A stretch of 63,938 bases of DNA, filler included, from Raillietiella orientalis (lineage: Eukaryota), in NCBI GenBank assembly GCA_036172245.1. It is 13 parts of 13 records of this genome, joined end to end, with 100 filler letters (N's around TTAATTAATTAA, not from the genome) between each part and the next. Parts side by side here need not be neighbours in the genome. Positions count along the whole stretch, not along the records: positions 21,594 to 26,682 come from JAYWIR010000328.1; positions 26,783 to 31,744 come from JAYWIR010000329.1; positions 31,845 to 36,789 come from JAYWIR010000330.1; positions 36,890 to 41,807 come from JAYWIR010000331.1; 9 more parts are not named here. One strand, written 5' to 3'. Below, piece after piece: positions 25,067 to 37,228 of the stretch (position 1 is the stretch's first letter; every line of letters starts with the position of its first letter). The position numbers and the translations under genes are program-made. The notes below the pieces were generated by a model. That model made no database searches. It was not told the origin of the DNA and was given only the letters and a program-made list of their open reading frames with translations.

Positions 25067-26682
25067 AATCGCATGCTTTGCGCAAGTCGACCGCGTCTGC
25101 AAAGGCTCCCGCCGAGTCCCTCCCACCCTCCATCCGGTGTTCCTGGTCAGAGGGGAGCGCAAGACTCCCTTGAACTTCCTGGAGAACGCGCTGTCGCAAC
25201 TGCCACCATGTGCTGGCGAGAAGCAGGTTTGACTCCATGCTTCGTCCGGGAACAGCATAGGTCTGCTCGGGACTCACCACGGAAGCGGCCACCCGCCTCA
25301 AACGCTCAGCCCACAACTTGGCATACAACTTTGCGTCCGCATTCACTACTGTGATGGGACGCCAGTTGCCAATGTTGCGTAAGTCTCCTGTCTTCGGTAG
25401 GAGACGTACTTTTGCTGACCGGAACGAGGCGGGAACTTCGCCGTGTTCGCGGATCAGCGCACTTAACCTGAGCACCAGGGGGGCCAGCTCTGGCGAGAAG
25501 TGTTTGTAAAACTCCGCGGGCAGCCTGTCCTCCCCTGGTGCCTTCCTGTTCTTCAGCCTGTTGATGGCGGAGACGACCTCCACCATCGTGAACGGTTCTC
25601 CGAACCAGAAACGATCCTCCTCCTTGAGCGCGGGGAGGCTATCCTGCAGCAGGCGCTGTGCGAAATGGCGCTCCGGTATTAGTGGCGCGTCCAAGGAGGA
25701 ATAAAACTTCCGCACGATGCGGCTTACCTGAGCTAGGCTGGAGCGTTCTTGGCCCTGATGTTCCAGCAAGCAGGCCGAGCCTGACTGCCAGGCCTGCCTC
25801 TCCGCCTCAGCTTTGAATTCCGCCAAGCGACGGACGTCAGGACGCCTGGAATACCTGCGGTTATGAAGGTAGGCCCTCTCGTTCCTGACCACATCGCCGA
25901 AGCTAGGCGGAAGACGTTCCAGGGGAAACTGGTCGCAAAACTCGCGGACTGAGCACGTCATTTCGTCCCAGTCCGCGAGCGTCTCAAGATAGAATCCTCG
26001 CAGGAAGGCGCGTAGAGGTTCCGCCGCTCTGCGAGGCGCAACCAGTCCCCTGGCAGGCGCCATGTTTTCAGGGGAGGGCCCTTATTCCGCGGATGCATCT
26101 CGAGCACGAGCCGTGGATGGTCGGACAGCTCTGCCGGGAGCGTTCCTCGAGTTCCCACTTTCGTGCACAATTGGTTGTCGAGGAACATGTGATCGATGTT
26201 CCGATCTCTCCCGGCATCACCGGCCAACAAGTTGCGCGCATTCATTGCTGCGCACAACTCGTTGACCAGTTGTGCTCGACTGCTGGGCGCACCTGCAAGC
26301 AGGAGGAGATTGAAGTCGCTCGCGATGAGGTGCGCCCGCCGTACGCTTGCTTCAGCCAACCAGTCTCGCCGCAGGGATTCGAAGAACGCAGTGCGTTCCT
26401 CGGCCCTGTGGCTGCTCACCGGAGCGTACAGGTTCGTCACCACGAAATCGATCGAGTCGGACCTCTTTAACGCAAGCTGCCCAACTCGACTGTCCTCGTC
26501 GAACCTGACGCTGCGCAGTGCGTTGTCGACGGCTGGCTTAAGCATAAACGCCACTCCGCAGGAGCGGTCGTTTCCGTTCCTCCACAGTAGCCGCCCTCCT
26601 GCGATGCTTTCGATTTCCTGGAAATCTCCTGCTCTGAGAACGTGCGTCTCTTGCAGGAGCACCAGGTTGAAGTCTCGCAGCA
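25067..26682 (-). pseudogene. LINE ORF2 endonuclease + RT N-terminus, cut at DLRKA(C)D
   Basis: ORFs 25958-26662 (LLQE, NLYAP, SDFN, IDH, SDH) and 24942-26063 (KAPGED, WRPIT, DAKL, DLRKACD). Confidence 0.9.
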
Positions 26683-26782
26683 NNNNNNNNNNNNNNNNNN
26701 NNNNNNNNNNNNNNNNNNNNNNNNNNTTAATTAATTAANNNNNNNNNNNNNNNNNNNNNNNNNNNNNNNNNNNNNNNNNNNN

Positions 26783-29097
26783 CGAGAAGGCGTTCCAAAC
26801 CGCGGCCCGTTCCGGCAAGAGAAACTTGCCTTCCAGGAATGGGCCGATCGCCGTCTCGACTTTTTGGAGGCAGCCGGACCACGGTTCCGCAGGGGAGTAG
26901 TCCCCCAACGGCACACGAAGGTACTCGAAGTACCTCACCGTGGGGATCCCCAAATGGACCCAGTCCTGCTGCCCTGCCCACGCCGCACGTACTGGCATCA
27001 CGGACGACTTCGCCCTGTTCACCGTAAGCCCGGTTCCTCGATTCAGCAGGTCGAAGAACTTCTTGACCGCGGAAGCCGGGGTGGACATAGGGTGCAGTAG
27101 CAGGTGGTCGTCCGCATTTGCTGAAACCGTAGGCGTTCCGGCGCATTCATGTGGCAGGTTAGCCAGTGTTTCCCTGTACGCTTTCAGCACCAACTCAAAG
27201 TAGGTACTGAAGAGCAAGGGGCTCAGGCTGTCTCCTTGCCGGATACCACTTCGCACCGGCACGCCGTAAACAGTATGCCTGCTGAAAGTAACATTGATTA
27301 GCGCATCGCGCCAGCTAGAGCGCAGATAGGCCAATAATGAGGCCGGGAAGCCCAAGCGTTTTAAAAGCTTCAGCAGTAGATTCTGGTCGACGCTCTCGAA
27401 TGCTTTACGCAAGTCGACAGCGACCGCAAGTGCTCCCTCCCCCATTCGACCATGCTTCGCATGACTGACGGACTCACCGGAATTCCCGGTGCGCATCAAG
27501 CCCCTTTCGTGTTGGAGCTCTAGCCAGGTGGAAGCGTGGAACAGGTTCGCCTCCATGCTTCGCCCTGGAACAGCATACGTCTGTTCCGGAATGACGAAGG
27601 CGTTTGCAACCCGTCCCAAACGCTCAGCTTAAACCTTATCTATCAACTTGGCATCCGCATTCACTATTGTGATGGGACTCCAGTACTTCATGCTCCTCAG
27701 ATCTCCTCACTTAGGAAGAAGCCGCAACTTTGCCGAACGAAACGAGGCGGGAACGTCACCTGTCTCGCGTATCAGCAAGGTGAGTTGATTTCCCAGGGGG
27801 GTTAGCTCAGCCATCAAAGTTTGTTAAAACTCCGCGGAGAGGCCGTCCTCCCCTGGAGCCTTTCGCCTCTTCAGCTTTCCGATGGCCGAGATGATCCCGC
27901 CCATCCTGAAAGACTCGTCGAGGGAATTTTTCTTCTCTTCCCAGATCGCAGGAGCGCTTTCCGGGAGCAGGATTCGTGAGAAATCCCGCTCGGGAGGCGT
28001 TCTTGCGTACAAGGAGGAGTTAAATCGCCGCAGCAGACCGCGGATCTGAGCGGGTGCCGAATGCTCCCGGCCCTGATCGTCCAGCAAGCAGGCCGATCCG
28101 GACTGCCTGGCTTGCCTCTCGGCTCTCGCTTTGTATTCCGCCAGCGTGCGGATGTCGTGGGTCCTGGCGTAACGACGGACGTGCAGGTAGGCTCGTTCGT
28201 TACGGACCCCGGTCCCAAATCCCGCAGGTAGGCGGTTCAGAGGGAACTGGTCGCAGAACTCCTGGACCGACCGTTTAAAGCGGTCCCAATCCTGAAGTGT
28301 CTGCATCCTAAAGCTCCGTATAAACGTGCGGAGATGTTCCGTCGCGTCCGGGAGCTTCAGCCAGTCCCCTGGCAAACGCAACGCTGACCAGGGGGGGGCC
28401 CTGTCGCGCGGATGGATTTCAATCACGATTGGGCGATGGTCGGAGAACTCGCACGGCATCTTGCAGCGCCTACACGAGTGCACAGGTGCTCGTCAAGGAA
28501 CACGTGTCCGATGTTGTCCTTTATCTTTGGTACACTGGCCAACAAATTACATGTGTGCACCGCCGCGCACACCTCGTTGACCAGGTCACGCTCGTGATTC
28601 GGCCCATTCGGTTTCAGACGAACGTTAAAATCGCCTGCAACCTGATGGGCATTCCGCACGCCTGCCTCGGTCAGCCAGTCGCGATATAGGGCGAGGAAAA
28701 ATTCTTTCCTGGCCCTCCTGTTCGTCAGGTCCGTTCCGCTCGGGGCGTAAACGTTCGTAACGATCAGGTCGATCGAGTCGGACCATCTGAGAGTCAGCTG
28801 AACGACACGACCGTGATCGTCGAACCGAACTCCACGTGCGGCGACCTCGATGGCGGGCCGAAGCAGGTAGGCGACAACACAACTTCTCGATATTCCACAC
28901 CGATACCACAGCCGCCCTCCGTTGATGCGTTCGATCTCCTGGGCTTGTTCTGCAGAGATCACATGGATCTCCTGCAGCAGCACAAGGTCGAACGATCCTA
29001 GAATGGCGGCCATGTCTCGTCTCCTGCCGGCGTCTGTCATGCAGTTCACGTTCCAAATGGCGATGCGCAGACGACGGCGGTAGGAGATTCCCGGCAT
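26783..29097 (-). pseudogene. LINE ORF2 (APE endonuclease + RT), frameshifted
   Basis: ORFs 28423-29097 (WNVN, LLQE, NVYAP, GDFN), 27824-28483 (SDH, KAPGEDG) and 26735-27619 (DLRKAFE, GIRQGD, NADD). Confidence 0.9.
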
Positions 29098-30814
29098 TAC
29101 TGCCGGGAAGATGACGCTGTGTGATAACGCGCCACTTCCGAGGCGGGTGAGATGACCATTAGGGTTTCAGCCTCCTCAGGCACCTTGGGTACCTTACCGT
29201 CTTCAACCCCCTCCATCTCCTCCGTGTCTGTGCGTGGTGGTCTCTCGGGTGACGATTCCTGGCATTCTCCCACGCTCATGGCACTTTCGCAGTCGGAAGT
29301 CATCTCCACGCCTTCGACCTGGAGAGGGGCTTTCAGGGGTTTGCTGGACTTCCTTCCAGCCTTCCGGCAGGGTGCCGCGGAGATGGAAACTTGGTTTCCG
29401 GCCTTCGCTTCGGGGTCGAAAGTTACCGAATCCTCGGTGGAGGCCGGACGCCTCACTGCCTTTTTGCCAGCCTTGGAGGGGTCTAGCTGCAACGATGCAG
29501 CCAGCTCCTCCGCCGCACGCTCGAAGGCGACGTCATCGATGACGGTCTCGATGACGGACGCTTCCGCCGGTTCGCTCCCCACGCTGTTGACATTTTCAAC
29601 AGTGGGTTGCTGGTCGGTAGCAGCGATTTCTACCTTGCGGCGTTCGGCGGGGACGCGTTCCACGACGACGCTGCATTCTTTCAAATTCTCCTAACCTGCT
29701 GTTTTTTATTTTGGTAGGCGAGCTTTTTTTCGATTCTTCGTTCTTTCTTCGACTTTTTTTTCTTTTTCGCTGTGACTTCTTGCCATTCCAACACCTGACC
29801 GCTTTTGTCAATCTTTTCGGCATTCGTTGTCGGGATGTTGGCTGAGGCCTCGACCACGGGAGTGGGTGGCACAGCTTGAGTGGCAGCCTTCGCTCCCAGT
29901 TTTTTGTGCAGCAGCCGCGCGCGTTTTTTTAGGTTCCTAGAGGAAATCACGCGCACAGCGGATTGTGAACACACTTCCTTCGTGTGGCCCATTGTCCCGC
30001 ATACCAGGCACTGTACGTTGGGGCACCTCCTTTTGAGGTGTCCCGACGTGTTGCAGAAGTTACAGTATTTGGGCTTCCAAACGTACCAGAGGTCGCCGCT
30101 TTCTCCGCCGACCATTAGTTTGTGAGGAAGGGTAGAGCCCTCCCGAACGGTTACACGGGCAGCCGTGAGGCCGCACTGAACTGTGGTATAGTCCTCGAAA
30201 AGACTAGGCTTGGTCCATACTGCATGGACCGTGCCTTGTTTTCCCAACGCGGCGCGTAACTGTTCTTTCCGCATCCGCGCGGTAACTCCTAAAAGGTGGA
30301 CCAGCATCCTGTGGTCCGCCGTAACGGGAAGGAGCCTGCATGTCCCCATTACCACGGGGGTTTTGAGGAGACGTTGGGCCAGATCTGCATGTTTGTAGAT
30401 CACCTCTACGTACTGCCCCCCGCTAGGAATGATCATAGCGCAGAGCTCCTCTTCTTTAACATCGAGAGCGTGCATTTCCTTCGAAAAGGCGCGCGCACTC
30501 TCAGCAGAATACAAATTTCCTACCTTGTAGAATAGTGATGGGTTATACCCCTCTTCGACATAGGCAGATAATTCCGTCGCGGCTGCAGGCGATGGCGCCG
30601 ATACGACAACGCTCCACGCCCGCGCTGCAGCGGGGACCGGTTTTGTGGGGGCGGACGCCCCCACCTCCTTCGCCACTGAAGGCGACGTTGCCGCCGCCCC
30701 CTGGCACTCCACCTTCTCTAGAGGCAACGTTGCCGCCGCCATCTGGCACTCCATTTCCTCAGGAGGCGACGTTGGAACCGCCCCCTGACACGTACTGGTG
30801 GTCGCGTCAGGCAT
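29097..30814 (-). pseudogene. LINE ORF1, one frameshift (~29690)
   Basis: ORFs 29681-30838 and 29097-29684; two CCHC knuckles; CSVVVER motif. Confidence 0.88.
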
Positions 30815-30908
30815 TGCTGCTTGATCGACCACCACCACACACGAAGCCTACACCTAGGGACGGTTCCCGGCACGAGGAGCACCGAGGAAACACGTCCGCT
30901 CTAGCCGA

Positions 30909-31744
30909 CGTAAAGCTTTCGACTTCGTCGACCAGGAGCTCCTTCTGGAGCTTCTGGAACGCATGGTTTTCCCGGCCGTGCTCCAGTCCTACCTGCGCTC
31001 CTGCTCGCGTAACGCGTCAATTAATATTGGTTTCAGCGGCCGGCAGGTGTACGGCTTGCCAGTCCGCCGCGGTATCCGGCAGGGTGACATCCTGAGCCCC
31101 TTGCTCTTCAGCATCTACTTCGAGATGGTGCTGAGGGCATACAGGGTAACTCTGGCAACCCTGCCGAGCTCGTGTCCCAGCACGCCTGCCGTGTCGGCCT
31201 ATGCAGACGATCTTCTGCTGCTGCTTCCCGGGTCCACACCGGCGAGTGCACTTGAGGACTTCTTCGAGTTGCTGCGCCGCGGGATGGGCCTGGAGGTGAA
31301 CAGGGCGAAGTCGTCCATGGTCTTCGTCGGTTCGGCGTGGGCTGGACGGTCGGACTGGATCCGCTTGGGGATATCCACGGGCAGGTGCTTCAAATACCTC
31401 GGCGTACCGTTGGGGGACTTCTGCGCAGCAGAAGCCTGGTCCGACCGTCTCCAAAAGGCAAGTTCTACTTGCAGGAACTGGCCGCGTTGTGAAACGCGTT
31501 TGCGGCTCCCCTCCTTCGCCCCTTACTTTTTGTTTGCCCCGCCCCTTTCTTTATTCGGAAACGAGCAGCGGGCCTCCTGAGGACAGTCCTTTGGGGCAAA
31601 GGGAGGTCCCGTGTGAGGCTCAAAGACTTGTGCGCTCCACGTAAGGACGGTGGACTTGGCGTACTTACGCTGGAGCGCATGGAACTACAACTTAGATCGA
31701 GGCAGCACAGGGCTGAAAGCGAGGCCGCTATGGGCAGGACCCCG
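30909..31744 (+). pseudogene. LINE ORF2 RT fragment starting exactly at RKAFD
   Basis: Begins CGT AAA GCT TTC GAC; GIRQGD, YADD and KYLG in ORF 30963-31580. Confidence 0.9.
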
Positions 31745-31844
31745 NNNNNNNNNNNNNNNNNNNNNNNNNNNNNNNNNNNNNNNNNNNNTTAATTAATTAA
31801 NNNNNNNNNNNNNNNNNNNNNNNNNNNNNNNNNNNNNNNNNNNN

Positions 31845-33002
31845 TCTACAACGACGCAGCAGCTTTTAATTTTTTCGCTGCGCAAAGCGGTTTGGCTCCG
31901 TTTCGCCACGTTCTTTCCCTTCTTATGGGAGTTTTTCTTGAAATCGACCTTCTGCCACCCTGGCTCTTGACCCTCGCCCTTGACCTTTACGGCGTTTTTC
32001 GCCGGAATCTCGGGGCTGGCCTTTGCCTTGGTGGCAAAAGTGACCTTCTTAGCAGCAGCACGAGCTGCCAGCTTTTTCCTCTTTTTAGCCGCGCGCTTTC
32101 TCGCGTTTTTCGCGGACACGTCGCCGACTGTGCTTTGGTGGCACACCAGACGGGTGTGCCCCGCTTGTTTGCATTGCTGGCACTGCACGCTCGGACACCT
32201 CATTTTAAGGTGACCAAAGCTGCTGCAGCAGCCGCAAAACTTGGGTTTCCCCACGTACCACACGTCAACGGATTCACCGTTGACGGTGAGTTTGTGGGGA
32301 ACCTCACATTACTAGCGAACCGTCACTCGCGCTGCACCCAGGCCGATAAGCACCCCGTCGTAATGGACAAAAGGGGTAGTCTTTCCCCACAGCGCGTGGG
32401 CAGTTGCGAATTTTTCCAATTCGTTCCGGACGGCCTCCTTCGTCATCTGGAACGTGATACCGGTCAGGTGAATGATCACCGACCGGTCTTCAGTAATGGG
32501 GAGAAACCTCCGGTTGTCCATAATTACGGGGGTTCGCAGAAGTCTCTGCGCAAGGGTTGCCTCCTTGCAGATAACTTCCACAAATTGACCCCCGCTTCTG
32601 ACGGACATAGCCAGAAGCTCCTCTTTCTGTACGCCGAGAACGAGCATCGCCTGTGAGAAGGCGTGCGCGTTCTCGGGAGAATATAGACCGCCTACCTTAT
32701 ATAGAAGGGGTGGGTTATACCCCTCCTGCAGGTAAGCGCGCATTTCCGCCATAGCCGCTGGCGTAGGTGCCGCAGCCACGGCGTTCCAAGCCCTGGGTAG
32801 GGCCGGGGGCGCATCCATGCTGGCGGAAGCCTCCACTGATGCAGGAGCCCTCACCTCCATTTCCCTCGGGGGCAATGAGGTCATCGACCCCGGATCCTCA
32901 CCGGTGGTGGTATCAGGCATTTCTGCCTAGTCCTCCACTCATACCACGCACAAGCACCAACGGAAATGGAACTCAGGAGCAACGAAAAGACACGTCCGCT
33001 CG
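31845..33002 (-). mobile_element. GC-rich LINE, intact 5' end + ORF1 (same family as 3587-5029)
   Basis: 5' end GAGCGGACGTGTCTTTTC; ORF1 ATG at 32920; knuckles CGCCSSFGHLKMRC and CQQCKQAGHTRLVC; stop at 32312. Confidence 0.9.
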
Positions 33003-33004
33003 AC

Positions 33005-33929
33005 GCTCCGGAATCTCCAGGACTGGGACCTTTTTAAGGAATCGGTCCGCGAGTTCTGGGAGCAATTCCCCCTGGATCGCCTGCCCCCCGGATTCGGCGA
33101 GGTTGCTCGCAACCATTTGGCCTATTTACAGGCTCGTAGGTACGAGTGAACCTCTAATGTGCGTCGCCTGGTTGAGTACCGCTCCGGGGCCGAACGCCAT
33201 GCCTGGCAATCCGGGTCGTTCAGCTTGCTGGACGACAAGGGCCGGGAATGTTCGTCCCCGGCGTCGGTACAGCATCTCGTGCGGAGTTTTTATTCTTCCC
33301 TTCACGCCAGGGAGCCCCCGGATCGAGACGCTTTTCGACGCTTGCTTCCGGATGGCGCCCCGGCAATAGGGGAGGAGGAGATGGAAAGCCTCGACGAGCA
33401 TTTTACCACCGGCGAAATTGTCGCCGGTATCAAAAGCCTCAAGAGGCGTAAGGCGCCAGCAAAGGGGGCATGCCCGCGGAGTTCTTTCAGAGATTCGCAT
33501 AGGAGCTGGACCCCCTGGTGCTCGAATTGACAAAGCGAATCCGAGACGAAGGCGATGTTCCCTCCTTGTTTCGGTCAGCTAGGGTGAGGCTCCTTCCGAA
33601 AGAAGGAGATTTCAGTAAACTCAGCATCTGGCGTCCGATCACAATTGTGAACACGGACGTTAAGCTAATCACCCGACTGTGGACTTCGCGTCTGAGGCAG
33701 GTGTCAAATTCCATAATTAGCCCGGAGCAGAGTTACGCTGTTCTCGGGCGAAGTATGGAGGACAACCTCTTCTTCGCGAGCACATGGATGCACGCGCAGT
33801 GGAGTAAGAAAGAAGGGAAAGGGAAAATTTGCAACCCTACTTTGAGGTCGCAAGTGGGACAGGGTAGGGATTCTCATGCGGGAAAGGGGGCCTTAGCGAT
33901 CGCAATCGACCTCCATAAGGCATTCGATT
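33005..33929 (+). pseudogene. LINE ORF2 internal fragment (LQDWD to DLHKAFD), bounded by two antisense insertions
   Basis: LQDWD..LPPGFG, ORFs 33159-33530 and 33518-33949 (WRPIT, DVKL, DLHKAFD). Confidence 0.9.
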
Positions 33930-36275
33930 TTCACCAGGATCTCTCCTAGGCGTTTATTGTAAAATAAACATTTACAAAGACGTGCGGTGGCTGGACCATT
34001 ACTCCAGCCACGCACGAGGAAACACAGAGCCTGCCGGGTCACCGGTTCGCAGACCGGTACGGTTCACCGCGGCAGCAGGGGGAAGGGGGAAAAAAAAAAA
34101 CAAAAAAAAAAAAAGAAAAGTTGGGAGGCTAAGGGAAGGGATCACAGTTGCTGGTGGGGCCGTTGCATCCTTTGCAGGATGCCGGTAAGCTCATTCTGTA
34201 TTCCTGGATCCAGGTGGGGCCATCGATACGCCCTCCTCAGGAACTGGGAAGCAGGCTGGATGGCACCCTGGTCGCGTTGTCCTCCCGTGGCCTTGCTCCA
34301 AGCGGTGACGATCCCGCGTAGGCAGCACAAAGCTGCTAACGAGGCCGCTGGCCGAAGGGCGTCGGCAACGAAGAGGTCTTTCAGTGCGTCCCTGGGGTTG
34401 CCGCAGAGGATTCCGATGGCCGCGACATAGCGAAACCAAAGGGACCAAAGGGCAACACTGTCCACTAGCAGGTGGGGAAGGCACTCCCGTTCCCCACACC
34501 TGACGCAATCGGAGTCCACCGCTTTCCTGGTCCAGTGGTGACGGCGGGCGTTGCAGGGGAGTCCTCAGTGCTGCAAGAGGAGAGCCGACTCCTGCCATTT
34601 TAAGGAGAGGGCGGAAGTATTCATGAGCACCGGGGGCCACTTCAGATGTTCAATGGGAACATCGAGCTGCGCGCCCCAGCGCAGAAGTCCATTGGGAGGC
34701 GTACTCGGGGTCGCAGCGTCTGTTAACTGGCCCGTCTTCCACTCTCCTATCTTCTTCTTCTTTCCGGAGATTGTTACTGTAACCACCCACATCGCCGCAA
34801 CATCGCTGTCCAGATCTTCCATCAGGGAGGGCAGCGCAGCAGCGAGGGGGGTTCTTCCTGCATACGCTCTCTTCTTTGGATCCTCCAGGATCTCGCGGAG
34901 CGTGCAACTTCTGTAACCCCCAAACAGGAACCTTCGTTGCTGTTGGGAGCGTTGCATGCCGAACTTTCCCCACGTTCGAACGGTTTCCTGCAGCCAGGCA
35001 CTACCGTTAAACGGGCGACAGGTGAGCAATCCTGGGTTTTTCCGATACAGCGCAGTCACCCTCCGTAGCTGGAGTCCGCATCGGTTGACGCGGCGACGGA
35101 GTGCAAGAAACGACGTCAGTCCCGTCTTGCCGGTGGCTTGCTGAATTAGGAGACGTGCAGGGACGCACCAACAGGTGCACCACAACTCTGGAACGAGTGC
35201 CGATCAGCAGAACTGGAGCTGAAGCTCCAGCCGCTCCAGCGTCAGGAGGCCCAGACCACCATCCCGACGAGGAGCGCACAAGTCCTTTAAGCGGACTCGG
35301 GCCCTCCCGTTGCCCCGAAGGGCGATACGGAGGAGGTCCTTCGATCGCTTTTTGATCCTCTCTGTGGGGGGGCAAACAAAAAGCAGGGAGCGGAGGAGAG
35401 GAGACGCGAACGTGTTCCAAACCGCGGCCCCTTTCAGGCAGGAAAGACCTGCCGCCTCGGAACGGGCCGATCGCCGTCTCTACATTTTGGAGGCAGCCGG
35501 ACCACGCTTTCGCAGGGGAGTAGTCCCCCAACGGCACACCAAGGTACTTGAAGTACCTCACCGTGGGGATCCCCAAACGGACACAGTTCTGCTGCCCTGC
35601 CCACGCCGCACCAAGTGGCATCACGGACGACTCCGCCCTGTTCACCGTAAGTCCGGTTCCCCGATGCAGCAGGTCGAGGAACTCCTCGACCGTCGAAGCC
35701 GGGGTGGACATAGGGAGTAGCAGCAGAAGGTCGTTTGCGTATGCTGAAACGGCCGGCGTACCGGCACAGTCGTGCGGCAGGTTCGCCAGAGTATCCCTGT
35801 ACGCTCTCAGTACCAACTCAAAGTAGATACTGAAGAGCAAGGGGCTCAGGCTGTCTCCCCGCCGGATCCCATGCCGCACCGGCACGCCGTGCACGGTCTG
35901 ACCGCTGAAAGTAATATTGATGAGCGCGTCGCGCCAGCAGGAGCGCAGATAGGCCGCTAATGAGGCCGAGAAGCCCAAGCGTTCCAGAAGCTCCAGAAGG
36001 AGATTCTGGTCGACGCAATCGAATGCTTTTCGCAAGTCGATTGCGACCTCGAGGGTTCCCTCCATCCCGACCATCCAACTCCTTGCCGGCGCACTCACCG
36101 GAATTTCGGCTGCGCACCAAGCTCTTTTCATGTTGGAGCTATTGCCAGGTAGGAGCGTGGAACAGGTTCGGCTCCATTTTACGCCCGGGAACAGCATATG
36201 TCTGTTCCGGGCTGATGAAGATGTTGGCAACCCGTCCCAGACGCTCTGCCCACATCTTGGCTATTAACTTGGCGT
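33930..36275 (-). mobile_element. GC-rich LINE, 3' part from RT DAKLI to 3' end
   Basis: DLRKAFD, YAND (degenerate YADD), CVRCGERECLPHLLVD; stop at 34142; 3' UTR and AATAAACG-hairpin end at 33958-33930. Confidence 0.92.
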
Positions 36276-36789
36276 GCGGACGTGTTTTTTCCGCGCTCCT
36301 CTGCGCCTGTTGTGAAGCGTTATTTTTCGGTAGTGTTTTTGTGTGGAGCATCTGCGGTTTCCAATGGCAGAAATGCCTGAGGACACCACGATGGAACTCG
36401 GCGGGGGAGAGGATTGCTCCTCTCCCCAACCTATTGAGGTGAAGGCAACCGCCCCCACGGAGGAGAGAGCAACCGCTCCCTTGAAAAAGGAGGCAACCGC
36501 CTCTCCGGAAACGAGGGCTACTGCCACCTTGAAAAAGGGAGCAACCGTCCTCGTGCAAAAAACCGCAACCGTCCCCTTGAAAAAGGGGACAACCGCCGCC
36601 TTGGAAAAGGGTGCATACGCCTCCTTGAAAAAGGGGGCAACCGCGTCCTTGGATCCACCTGCTCCATGCACGAAGAACTGGAGCTCTGTGGCTGCAGCGC
36701 CATCTCCTGCTGCCTTAGCAGAACAACGGGCCTACCTGGAACAAGGGTACAAGCCGTCCTTGATTTACAAGGTAGGAAACCTGTTTATA
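36276..36789 (+). mobile_element. GC-rich LINE, intact 5' end + ORF1 N-terminus
   Basis: 5' end GCGGACGTGTTTTTTCC; ATG at 36364; WSSVAAAPSP..AYLEQGYKPSLIYKVG is homologous to other ORF1s. Confidence 0.85.
36433..36650 (+). repeat. Coding 24-bp minisatellite in ORF1 (~9 units, LKKGATAS-like)
   Basis: TTGAAAAAGGGGGCAACCGCxxCC-like units repeated in frame. Confidence 0.8.
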
Positions 36790-37228
36790 NNNNNNNNNNN
36801 NNNNNNNNNNNNNNNNNNNNNNNNNNNNNNNNNTTAATTAATTAANNNNNNNNNNNNNNNNNNNNNNNNNNNNNNNNNNNNNNNNNNNNGAAAGCTAAAG
36901 GTGTCTCCAGCTTGTGAGCCCGAATCAACTATAAATACCTGTTTACCTGACGCAGCCTAAAGAGAGCTACATCGGATACTCCTCGAGGTTGATGGTGGTG
37001 TTCCCAAGACTTCCATTAAGTTAATAAGCTTAGTGGAACTTTTGATCTTAAAGATAGAAACGATCTCTCCTTGAAGGATTTTTTTGACCACGGTTTAAAA
37101 TCTACCTGCAGAGGAGCAACGTTGGTTTCAGCTCTACCTAGCCCGAATAAACCGTGGCTGAGGGGTGGTCTAGGACAAACCCTGCTAGCCTAATTTTCAC
37201 AGCAGGCATCTCATCGTCGTCTCTAAAT

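Larger units (their letters stand above)
26783..30904 (-). mobile_element. GC-rich LINE from intact 5' end through most of RT (longest continuous copy)
   Basis: 5' end CTAGAGCGGACGTGTTTCC; ORF1 30814-29097; TAATG overlap; ORF2 EN and RT to the contig end; several frameshifts. Confidence 0.93.

Noticed and set aside
22940..25080. Inverted junctions as assembly chimeras or twin-priming inversions
   Set aside because: Joins occur at exact element termini, between different families and in repeated register, which these mechanisms would not predict. Read-level confirmation is still needed.
36890..37153. Gene or RNA target upstream of the A-rich LINE
   Set aside because: No long ORF and no recognisable RNA gene; I cannot tell 5' UTR from flank.
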